Positions 50,300 through 58,809 of a stretch of DNA of 64,000 nt are shown piece by piece. The translations under genes and the position numbers were made by a program. Position 1 is the first letter of the stretch, and the number at the start of each line of letters is the position of its first letter. Origin of the DNA: an uncultured Acidobacteriota bacterium (lineage in GTDB: Bacteria > Acidobacteriota > Thermoanaerobaculia > Multivoradales > UBA5704); NCBI GenBank assembly GCA_963770895.1, contig CAVYRF010000001.1:1600001-1664000 (forward strand). Direction: 5' to 3'. The notes under the pieces were generated by a model. It was not told the origin of the DNA. It made no database searches and worked only from the letters and a program-made list of their open reading frames with translations.

Positions 50300-51811
50300 A
50301 TGCGGATGCTACGGACAGGGCCTTTTGTGGTTCTGGGTGTGGCGGCGGCGCTGGCCGCGTTTGGCGGCGGCGCCCGGCACGCGGCGCGGGCGGTTTCGGC
50401 CAGCGCGGCGGCCGCGGGCGCCACCGCTCCGACTGCGGCATCGGCTGCCCCGGCGACCACGGCAGCGGCGCCGCGCACGATGCGGGTGGACTACTACCAT
50501 TCGGGCAGCGCGCACGCGGAGCGATTCAGCCTGGACCGCGTGGTGCTCGAACCGCTCCCCTGGCCGGGCAATCCGGCGCGGCCGATCGACGACACCAACC
50601 TGGGCCCGTACCTCTTCCAGGTGATCGACCGCGCCAGCAACCGCGTGCTGTATTCGCGCGGCTTCGCTTCCATCTTTGGCGAGTGGCAGGAGACCGACGA
50701 GGCCGGCCGCGGCGAGCGGACGTTCTCCGAATCGGCCCGCTTCCCGGCGCCGTCGCACCCGGTGCGGCTGGTGATCGAAAAGCGCGACGAGCAGAACGAT
50801 TTCCACGAGATCTGGGCGACGACGATCGATCCCGCCGACCCGTTCGTCGATTCGTCGGCGCCGCCTTCGCCGGGACCGCTGCTGGCGCTGCAGAAGAGCG
50901 GCGACCCGGCGGTGAAGGTCGACTTTCTCATTCTGGGCGACGGTTACACCCAGGCGGAGCTGCCCAAGTTCGAGCGCGATGCGCGGCGGCTGATGGAGAT
51001 CCTGTTCGCGGCGCCGCCGTTCAAGCAGCACCGGAGCGACTTCAACGTGTGGGCGCTCTGCCCGCCGGCGGTCCAATCGGGCATCTCGCGGCCTTCGACC
51101 GGTGTCCATCGCCGCTCGCCCGTCGGCGCCAGCTACGACACGTTCGGTTCGGAGCGCTACGTCCTCACCTACGAAAACCGTACGTTCCGCGACATCGCGT
51201 CGTATGCCCCCTACGAATTTGTCGAGATCCTGGTCAACGGCCAGACCTACGGCGGCGGCGGGATCTTCAACCTGTACAGCACCGTCGCCGCGGACAGCCT
51301 GTGGTCGCCGTACATCTTCGTGCACGAGTTCGGCCACCACTTTGCCGGGCTTGCCGACGAGTACTACACCTCCGACGTGCCGACCGACGCCACCAGGCTG
51401 GTCGAGCCCTGGGAGCCCAACGTCACGATCGATCCCCAGGCGGCCAAGTGGGCGGCCCTGCTGTCTCCGGGCGTGCCGCTGCCGACGCCCTGGAAGAAGG
51501 CGGAGTTCGAGTCCTATTCGCACGCCATCCAGGATCGCCGCCACGACATCCGCCGCCGGCAGCGCCCGGAATCGGAGATGGACGCCCTGTTCACCGAAGA
51601 GCGCGCGCACGAAACCGTGCTGCTCGGCACCGACAGCTATTCCGGCAAGGTCGGCGCCTTCGAGGGCGCCGACTATCGCGCCCACGCCTATTACCGGCCG
51701 CAGACCGACTGCATCATGTTCACCCGCGACGAGGGCGGCTTCTGCGCCGTCTGCCGCCGGGCGATCGAACGGGTGATCGCGCTCTACACCGCGGCGCTGG
51801 GCGGCTCATGA
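50300..51811 (+). CDS. Peptidase family M64 (IgA peptidase-like) metalloprotease
   Basis: RTMRVDYYHSG N-domain, ILGDGYT, YGGGG, HEFGHHFAGLADEY and C-terminal CIM...FCAVC. Has a signal peptide. Confidence 0.9.
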   Translation: MRMLRTGPFVVLGVAAALAAFGGGARHAARAVSASAAAAGATAPTAASAAPATTAAAPRTMRVDYYHSGSAHAERFSLDRVVLEPLPWPGNPARPIDDTNLGPYLFQVIDRASNRVLYSRGFASIFGEWQETDEAGRGERTFSESARFPAPSHPVRLVIEKRDEQNDFHEIWATTIDPADPFVDSSAPPSPGPLLALQKSGDPAVKVDFLILGDGYTQAELPKFERDARRLMEILFAAPPFKQHRSDFNVWALCPPAVQSGISRPSTGVHRRSPVGASYDTFGSERYVLTYENRTFRDIASYAPYEFVEILVNGQTYGGGGIFNLYSTVAADSLWSPYIFVHEFGHHFAGLADEYYTSDVPTDATRLVEPWEPNVTIDPQAAKWAALLSPGVPLPTPWKKAEFESYSHAIQDRRHDIRRRQRPESEMDALFTEERAHETVLLGTDSYSGKVGAFEGADYRAHAYYRPQTDCIMFTRDEGGFCAVCRRAIERVIALYTAALGGS

Positions 51812-53545
51812 CTTGAGTTCGCCGGGCGACACCGGCTGTGCAGTGCTGCCGCGGTGGTACTTGCTCATCTTCGGCGGCACAAAGGCCAGCCGGGCCAGCT
51901 GCGGTGCGAGGTCCTTTTGCGGGATGACGACCTCCACCAGCGCGGGCACGTCCCGCAGGTGCTCGACCGCGGCCAGCGCCTCCTGCAGCTCGCCGATGGT
52001 GCGCACGCGGAAGCCCCGCGCGCCGAAGGCGGTTGCCAGGGCCACGTAGTCCCAGCTGGGCAGCAGGTCGAACGGCGCGAACTTGCCGTCGGGCGCGAAG
52101 GCCTGCAGGTTGACGAAGGCCTGCTCGATGGCGTAGGCGTCGTTGCTCAGCACGAAGACGACGGCGTTGCACCGGCTGGCCGCCAGGCTCGACAGCTCCT
52201 GGCAGATCATCCGGAAACCGCCGTCGCCGGCGACCACGAACGGCCGCGTGCCGCTTGCCAGGGCGATGCCCAGGGCACTGCCGGTTTCGTGGCCCAGGGA
52301 GCCCCACGCCGCCTGGGCGACGAAGCTGTCGCGCGGCAGTCCGTAGAGATTGCCGAACACGTAGAGCGAGGTGCTTTCGCCCAGGACCAGGGTCACCTTG
52401 CCAAACAGCCCGGCGTGGCGCAGGAAGCCGCTGAGCTCGCCGTAGAAGTTGTTGTAGGACAGGGGATCGCCCGCGCCGGCGGGGGGCTGGGCAGGCGAGT
52501 CGTCCGGCGCCTGCGGCAGGACATATTCTTTGGCTCCGCCGGCGGCGGCAAAGCGCGCCGTGAGCGCCGGCAGGAAGTCCGCCAGCAGCACCTGCTGGTA
52601 GTGGCGGTAGCCGATCCTGGCCTCCGCTTCGGTGACCTCGATCATCGCGCCGAAGCTTGCGGCCATGATGTCCAGATAGTCGTCGGTGATGATCGTGCCC
52701 AGCGCGATGGGGCAGTCGGTGGCCTTCATCACGGCGCGGGTGATCGCCGGCGACGCGGGGCCGGCATAGGTGCCGATGAACCTGGGCTGGGCTTCGTCCA
52801 GGACCGTCTTGCCCAGGCTGGTGGTGGTGAAGTACAGACCGCTGGCGTCGATCAGCTGCTGCAGCATGCCCTGCAGGCCGAAGCGGTGGATCTCCACCCC
52901 GGCCCACAGCACCGGCAGGCGGGCCGCCTGGATGCGCTCCCAGGCGTCGTCCACCGCCGCCGCCAGGCCCGCGGCGTCGCTGTGCCCGACGATCGCGGCC
53001 AGGGTGCCCTGCGGCGCGGCGCAGGGCAACGTCCAGACGTCCTGCAGCACCTCGATGTAGATGGGGCGTCGGTGGGTGAGCATGGCGACGATCGCGCCGT
53101 CGATCTGCGCCGGCGCGGCGAGCGGGTCGGTGATCACCTCCGACGCCACGGTGACGTTGCGGAAGACGATCTGGTCGGCGAGCAGGTCGCCGGTGCTGTG
53201 ATGGAAGAGGATGCCCTGCGTCCGTTCGAGGTGCCGATCGACGGTGCTCGGGCTGGCCGAGATCACCGCCACCGGCACCCGTTCGACAAAGGAGCCGGCG
53301 GTGGCGTTCAAGATGCTGAAGCCGCCGACGCCGTACTGGACGCAGGCGGCGCCGATCCCCTTGAAGCGCGCATATCCGTCCGCCGCATAGCCGCAGCCCA
53401 GCTCGTTGACGTTGGCGACGCGTTCGATGCCGCCGTTCGCGTCCAGCGCTTCCAGAAAGTGGCTGGCGTAGTCGCCGGGGACGGTGAACATGTGCTGCAG
53501 GCCGGCCTGGCGCAGCCGCGCGATCAGATATTCGGCGACGTTCAT
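51806..53545 (-). CDS. ThDP-dependent alpha-keto-acid decarboxylase (pyruvate/indolepyruvate decarboxylase family)
   Basis: MNVAEYLIARL...VPGDY, NELGCGYAADGYAR, FHHS, WGSLG and GDGGF...N..YAIE. An alternative GTG start lies at 53551. Confidence 0.9.
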   Translation of the reverse strand: MNVAEYLIARLRQAGLQHMFTVPGDYASHFLEALDANGGIERVANVNELGCGYAADGYARFKGIGAACVQYGVGGFSILNATAGSFVERVPVAVISASPSTVDRHLERTQGILFHHSTGDLLADQIVFRNVTVASEVITDPLAAPAQIDGAIVAMLTHRRPIYIEVLQDVWTLPCAAPQGTLAAIVGHSDAAGLAAAVDDAWERIQAARLPVLWAGVEIHRFGLQGMLQQLIDASGLYFTTTSLGKTVLDEAQPRFIGTYAGPASPAITRAVMKATDCPIALGTIITDDYLDIMAASFGAMIEVTEAEARIGYRHYQQVLLADFLPALTARFAAAGGAKEYVLPQAPDDSPAQPPAGAGDPLSYNNFYGELSGFLRHAGLFGKVTLVLGESTSLYVFGNLYGLPRDSFVAQAAWGSLGHETGSALGIALASGTRPFVVAGDGGFRMICQELSSLAASRCNAVVFVLSNDAYAIEQAFVNLQAFAPDGKFAPFDLLPSWDYVALATAFGARGFRVRTIGELQEALAAVEHLRDVPALVEVVIPQKDLAPQLARLAFVPPKMSKYHRGSTAQPVSPGELKS

Positions 53546-53547
53546 CG

Positions 53548-55299
53548 TCACCCCTCCTGCACCTTGGCGAGGCAGCTGGGCGTCACGCTGGCCAGGACCT
53601 TCCCGGCCTTGCGGACCTGGACGCAACCCTCCAGCGCGCCGCAGCCGCCGGGACAGGGCACCGGCATGAGCGCATAGTGCTTGGGCACCCAGCTGGGCCG
53701 GCGCAAGCCGAAGTAGTCTTCGAGCATCGATTCCGCGGTGTCCAGCGCCCCCTCGACCCAGCCCTGGCCGTAGGAGTACGCCTCGCCCACGATGTGGATA
53801 TCGAGCTCGGGGACCGGCTTGCGCATGCGGCACATCACTTCGTCCAGACGGTAGGCGGCTTTCCATTCGTGCCAGCCGCCGCCGTACGGGTCCTCGTTCC
53901 AGGTGTGGTAGACCGCCGAATAGGGCATCGGCAGCTCGGGCAGGGCGTGCAGCGCGGCGACCTGCCGGTTTGCCACCTCCACCATGTCGGCGGTGGCCGG
54001 GAACTCCATCTGCGGCACGATGCGGTCGACGCCGGCTTCCAGGCAGGTAGGGCGGTACCCCTCGTAGGGCACGCCCAGCTCGAGCCCCTTCCAGAACGGC
54101 ACCGTGCTGATGTCGTTGTACGAGGCCATGAGCAGCGAGTTCATGAACGGCAGGCCGTCTTCCTGCTCGGCCTCGGTGCCGAAGTAGTACGTCTGGCGGA
54201 TCGGCAGGTCGGTCACCGAGCGCCCCGCCACCAGGCCGAGGGAGCGCCACCATGGGCTTTCGTAGGCCAGGAACAGCTTGAAGGCGCTCTGGATCAGCAC
54301 CGACGAAAGGTTGGCCTGCAGCCATGGGTCGTCGAAGAAGCGGCTCTTGATCAGCTCGAGCGAGCGCCGGGGCATCGCCAGGATGATCTTCTTGGCGCGC
54401 ACCGTCACCGGCTGGGCGCTGGCCGCCCGCGTCTGGCCGGCGGTGGTGACGGTGGGCTGGAAATGCAGCGTGTAGGGGTACTTCCCCGAACCGATTTCGA
54501 TTTCAGCCAGGCGATGGTTCATCAGCACCCGCTTGCCGTGGGGCAGCCCGCCCGGTCCCTGGTGATTGAAGCGGTCGGCCAGCTGGATCGGCAGCTGGTC
54601 GTAGCCGTCGGCCAGCGTCATGAACTGGGTCTGGTCGCTGTACTCGGTGGCGGGCAGCTGCGTCACGGCGTTGGCATTGGCGACGTTGGCGTCGTAGCCG
54701 CCGGCGTCCTTCATGAACTGGTAGCCTTCGTTGCTCAGCGCCTTGAACATCAGGTCCCAAAAGCCCCACTGCCACAGCGGCTTGCCGAAAGCGCGCACCT
54801 TCATGGTGTCGCACAGGCTGAGGTTGGCCATGCCGGGATAGATGTTGTTCATCACCTGGACCTGCAGGTTGGTCGGTCCCTGGCCGCGCTCGATCCAGGC
54901 CATGTTGTAGGGCACCTTGGCCGGGTCGGCAAGCTGGTGCAGGCGCAGGTGCTTGCCGCGCAGGTAGAAAAGGTTGCAATTGGAGCCGACCGGTTCGGGC
55001 GCCCCCATCGGGAATGGCTTGGTCTTCAGCTTCAAATGATCGACGACGCTGGCGACCATCTTGTGCTCGGTGGGGATGTAGCGCATGCCGCCGACCTCCG
55101 CCTTGACGTGCGGCATGCCGGGCAGGGTCTTGGTGTACAGGCGGCCGCCGATGCGGTCGCTGTATTCGAAAAGGGCGATGCGCGCATCGTCCCCCGATTC
55201 GTGCTGCAGCCGCCAGGCGCAATAGGCGCCCGACACACCGCCTCCCACGACCGCCACATCCAGATCCATGCTGATGCTCTCCTCTTTCTGTTTTGCCAC
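53548..55299 (-). CDS. Flavin-dependent amine/L-amino-acid oxidase family protein
   Basis: VAVVGGGVSG, RIGGR, EVGGMR and GEAYS...QGWVEGALDTA. AGGAG RBS, with an alternative ATG about 30 nt downstream. Confidence 0.88.
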   Translation of the reverse strand: MAKQKEESISMDLDVAVVGGGVSGAYCAWRLQHESGDDARIALFEYSDRIGGRLYTKTLPGMPHVKAEVGGMRYIPTEHKMVASVVDHLKLKTKPFPMGAPEPVGSNCNLFYLRGKHLRLHQLADPAKVPYNMAWIERGQGPTNLQVQVMNNIYPGMANLSLCDTMKVRAFGKPLWQWGFWDLMFKALSNEGYQFMKDAGGYDANVANANAVTQLPATEYSDQTQFMTLADGYDQLPIQLADRFNHQGPGGLPHGKRVLMNHRLAEIEIGSGKYPYTLHFQPTVTTAGQTRAASAQPVTVRAKKIILAMPRRSLELIKSRFFDDPWLQANLSSVLIQSAFKLFLAYESPWWRSLGLVAGRSVTDLPIRQTYYFGTEAEQEDGLPFMNSLLMASYNDISTVPFWKGLELGVPYEGYRPTCLEAGVDRIVPQMEFPATADMVEVANRQVAALHALPELPMPYSAVYHTWNEDPYGGGWHEWKAAYRLDEVMCRMRKPVPELDIHIVGEAYSYGQGWVEGALDTAESMLEDYFGLRRPSWVPKHYALMPVPCPGGCGALEGCVQVRKAGKVLASVTPSCLAKVQEG

Positions 55300-55868
55300 T
55301 GATCGGCTCCTCGTCGGCGCCCGAACCGCCGCATGATGGTCCGCGAAATTATGCCCATCCTAACATGCTGCCATGGTGCCGCCGGGGCGGCGCCGAGCTG
55401 CGGCCGGGAGGGAAGCGCGGTGCCGCGGTGCGGCTCGGGAGGGGAGGCGCGGTGCGTACGAGCTGAGCGCCGCCGGGGGTGGTGCAACGTCGGACTCGCG
55501 ACAGCGCGACGCTTGGCGGTCGAGGAGACAGCGCGTCCTTTATTGAGGTCGAAACGTGGAGCATGGGCGCGGACGATCGCTACTTTTTACTGCCGCCCCG
55601 AAGGTGCGTGGTCGCCCCACGTCAGAACCGGGGGTATTTAGTGCGAAAGCATGCTGGACGCTAGTTTGCGCATGAGCAGGTAGGGTGCCGTGGACGCTGG
55701 AGGTAAGCGTCCTTGAAGCGTCCGATCGCCGTGCCCGCGGCGCCCCGGGGGACGTGGCACGCACTTTGAGATGGCGTCTGGTGACGTCGAGGCAGGATGG
55801 AACGGCTACCGCGAAGACGATGCTTCGCCGGCGGACCTGGATCACCTGCCTGACGAAAGGGGTGGGTC

Positions 55869-57542
55869 ATGGGCGCAAAGGCTGTGGCACTGATCACCTT
55901 TCTCTCCGGCGTCGCATGCTGCGGCGCACTTCTCGCACAATCGTACGCGGTCGCACCGGGCGCTCCCGTCGCCGTGGGCGCGCCGCAATACGCCGCGGCA
56001 GCGGTGTGGACGGCCACGGACGGAAGCCGCGCGACGGTTGCTTCCGGCGCCGCCGCGGTCGATCTGTCGGTTTTCTTCAGCAAGCTGTCGCCCTACGGAC
56101 GCTGGATTTTGCGCTCCTCCTCCGGGTGGCTCTGGGTGCCCAGCGGGGTGCCCGCCGGTTGGCAGCCCTATACGGTGGGCCATTGGGCAACGTCCGACTA
56201 CGGCTGGATGTGGATCTCGGACGAGCCGTTCGGTTGGGCGACCTATCACTATGGCTGGTGGGTCGACGATGCCGAGTACGGCTGGACGTGGCTGCCTGGC
56301 GACACCTGGGGCCCGGCCTGGGTCACCTGGCGGAGCGGCGGCGACTACGTCGGCTGGGCGCCGCTGCCGCCGGACGACGGCGACGACTACGACGACGATG
56401 CCGGCGAGGTGGATCAGCCGCCCATCACGCAATTCTGCTTCGTCAAGGAGAGCTCGCTGCTGGCGCCCGAGATCGTCAACGTGTTGCTCGCGTACGACGT
56501 GACGATCGTCGACGCCACGAAGCGGGTCGTGCATCGCCGCGGAGACGGTTCCCGCGTGATGAACCCGGGCGTGCCGGTGGGGCAGGTGGAGCAGGCCGCG
56601 GGGCAGAGCGCTCCGCCCGCGCCTGCCGCCGCCATCCCGCCAGCCGCGACCAGCCCGCAACCCGGCCCGCAGCCCGGCGGAGTCTCCTATGGCGGCCCGC
56701 CGCCGCCCGCCACGGTGATCAGCTTCCGCCCACCGGCGATCAAGAAGCCCGGCACGCTGCGCGTTCCCACCGGCAGCATCATTTACCTGCCTGCATCGCC
56801 GGTATGGCCCCGTCAGCCGCTGCGGCCGCAGGCGGCCGGGGGGCCGGCGACCGCGGGTCCGCAGAAGCCGGCGACCGGTCCGGTCGGCCGGCAGGGGCCG
56901 CCGTTCTACCCGGTGACCGCAAGCGGCGGGGCAAGGCCGGTGCGGCAACCGCAGGCGCCCACCATGGCCGGCCAGCCCGGGGCCGGCCGCGTCGAGCGAC
57001 CGGCCCAGACCGCAACCGAGCAGCCGCGCCCGACCGGGGCGCAACCCGATCGGCAGGGTGAAGCGAACCCGCGCCAGCCGGAGCTACAGCAGCGGCCTCC
57101 CCAGGCCCAGACCGAGCAGCAACGGCAGGTCGAGCAGCAAAGACAGGCGGAGGCGGAGCAGCAACGGCAGCAGGAGCAACAGCAGAGGCAACAAGCCGAG
57201 CAGCAGCGCCAGGCGCAGTCCCAGACCGAGCAGCAAAGGCAGACTCAGGCCCAGGTCGAACTGCGCCGCCAGCAGGAGGAGCAACAGCGTCTAGGGCAGG
57301 CCGACCAGCAGCGGCAGCAAGAGGAGCAGCAGCGGCAGGCGCAAGCCCAAGCCGAGCAGCAACGGCAGGCGCAGGCCCAGGCCGAGCAGCAGCGTCAGGC
57401 GCAGGCCCAGGCCGAGCAGCAGCGGCAGGCGCAGGCCCAGGCCGAGCAGCAGCGGCAGGCGCAGGCTCAGGCGCAGGCCCAGGCCGAACAGGAGCGGCAG
57501 CAGGAGGAACAGCAGCGCGCCCAGCATCCGCCGCCGCACTGA
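55869..57542 (+). CDS. Secreted DUF6600-like Trp-rich protein with Pro-rich linker and Gln-rich coiled coil
   Basis: Signal peptide, LSPYGRW, WQPYTVGHW, SDEPFGWATYHYGWW, WGPAWVTWR and VGWAPLPP, followed by QAEQQR repeats. Confidence 0.8.
   Translation: MGAKAVALITFLSGVACCGALLAQSYAVAPGAPVAVGAPQYAAAAVWTATDGSRATVASGAAAVDLSVFFSKLSPYGRWILRSSSGWLWVPSGVPAGWQPYTVGHWATSDYGWMWISDEPFGWATYHYGWWVDDAEYGWTWLPGDTWGPAWVTWRSGGDYVGWAPLPPDDGDDYDDDAGEVDQPPITQFCFVKESSLLAPEIVNVLLAYDVTIVDATKRVVHRRGDGSRVMNPGVPVGQVEQAAGQSAPPAPAAAIPPAATSPQPGPQPGGVSYGGPPPPATVISFRPPAIKKPGTLRVPTGSIIYLPASPVWPRQPLRPQAAGGPATAGPQKPATGPVGRQGPPFYPVTASGGARPVRQPQAPTMAGQPGAGRVERPAQTATEQPRPTGAQPDRQGEANPRQPELQQRPPQAQTEQQRQVEQQRQAEAEQQRQQEQQQRQQAEQQRQAQSQTEQQRQTQAQVELRRQQEEQQRLGQADQQRQQEEQQRQAQAQAEQQRQAQAQAEQQRQAQAQAEQQRQAQAQAEQQRQAQAQAQAQAEQERQQEEQQRAQHPPPH
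57341..57460 (+). repeat. Coding tandem repeat, 4 x 30 nt (QAQAEQQRQA)
   Basis: GCAGGCCCAGGCCGAGCAGCAGCGGCAGGC units, with degenerate copies on both sides. Confidence 0.9.
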
Positions 57543-57669
57543 GAGATGGCGATCCGGGCAGCCGTCGCGGGGCACTGAGTTCTACGAGATTTTGCCGGGA
57601 GAACGGTTTCCGTGCGCGGATTGCGTCTATATAGGTTGAGGGGTAGCATCGACGCCAAAGGGACGCCAG

Positions 57670-58230
57670 ATGATCGCCCACGCGCCGCCGATGACCTACC
57701 AGGACCTCCTCCGCCTCCCGGACGACCTCCTGCGTCACGAGCTGATCGACGGCGAACATTCCGTGAGCCCCGCACCGGACTTGAAGCATCAAATGGTCGT
57801 GCTCAATCTTGGGCGAATCCTGTCGACCTTCGTGCGGGAGCGCGGTCTTGGCACCGTCCTGGTCGCTCCGGTCGACGTGCTGTTCTCCCAGCACGACGTC
57901 GTTCAGCCCGACGTGCTGTACGTCGCCGCGGCGCACGCCGACCGGCTGCGTGAGCGCCACGTCGCGGGTGCGCCCGACCTGGTGATAGAGGTCCTTTCGC
58001 CCGCCAGCCGCGGCATGGACCGGATCAAAAAGCGCCGCCTGTACCAATCCCAAGGCGTAGCCGAATATTGGATCGTCGATCCCGCGGCACAGACGCTGGA
58101 GGTCCACCGCGCGGCCCTTCCCGGCGGTCCGCTGGCGCAAGCGGAAGTGCTCGCCCGCGCCTCCGGCACCGTGCTGCAAAGCCCGCTCTTCGCCGGTCTG
58201 CGCGTCCCTCTGGCCGACGTCTTCGACTGA
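57670..58230 (+). CDS. Uma2-family (PD-(D/E)xK) putative endonuclease
   Basis: ELIDG, PAP...HQ, VQPD, APDLVIEVLSP and K...Y...GVAEYWIVDP. Confidence 0.9.
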   Translation: MIAHAPPMTYQDLLRLPDDLLRHELIDGEHSVSPAPDLKHQMVVLNLGRILSTFVRERGLGTVLVAPVDVLFSQHDVVQPDVLYVAAAHADRLRERHVAGAPDLVIEVLSPASRGMDRIKKRRLYQSQGVAEYWIVDPAAQTLEVHRAALPGGPLAQAEVLARASGTVLQSPLFAGLRVPLADVFD

Positions 58231-58417
58231 CCTGCCATCGCCGGCCGTTCCTGCCGGCGAAAGCCGCTCGATTCCTCGCGCTGCGGGTGCGAGCAGAGGC
58301 GACAGGTCGATCGCCTCCAGCCCTCCTGACGGCATTGGACCGACCGGCGGCGGGCCCTGCCGGCGGCCCGCCGCGCGGCGATCGAGAGCCGCGCCGCGCG
58401 ACGGTGCTAGCGACCGG

Positions 58418-58612
58418 TCAGGATGTGAATGGGTCGGAGCAGCACAGGGGACAGGTGGGGCAGTGGGGGCAGCCGCAGATCTTGCAGATCGGCTCGCCTT
58501 GACAGCCGCCGATGAGCGGCGTTGGCGGCGTCGCCGGAGCGGCGGCAAGGAATGCCGAGGACACCAGGGCGAGAGCGACCAGCAGGCCGAGGCAACGACT
58601 CTTTCCACGCAT
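58418..58612 (-). CDS. Small secreted cysteine-rich peptide, 64 aa
   Basis: GGAGG RBS before ATG 58612. Signal peptide followed by ...LIGG-CQGEPICKICGCPHCPTCPLCCSDPFTS. Confidence 0.65.
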   Translation of the reverse strand: MRGKSRCLGLLVALALVSSAFLAAAPATPPTPLIGGCQGEPICKICGCPHCPTCPLCCSDPFTS

Positions 58613-58809
58613 GTCGAATCCTCCCTTGATGCTTTGCACACTACATGAAAGTAGATTGGACCACAATGCATGGAATTATTCACTGAGACATTACGATCGT
58701 TGCTGGTTATCAATATTTAGCTGGGCTCTTGCGCGCTGATTTTGCGCTCGGGTATCCTTCACCGCGTCACAGACCCTGCCAGCCCCTCGTACCAGGGAAA
58801 GGAGCTCGG

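Noticed and set aside
53546-54325. 839-aa version of the decarboxylase
   Set aside because: The extension overlaps the oxidase gene in another frame. Family homology begins at MNVAEYL.
57100-57520. Regular 30-nt repeats as a possible CRISPR array
   Set aside because: They are contiguous in-frame coding repeats with no spacers, and no cas genes are present.
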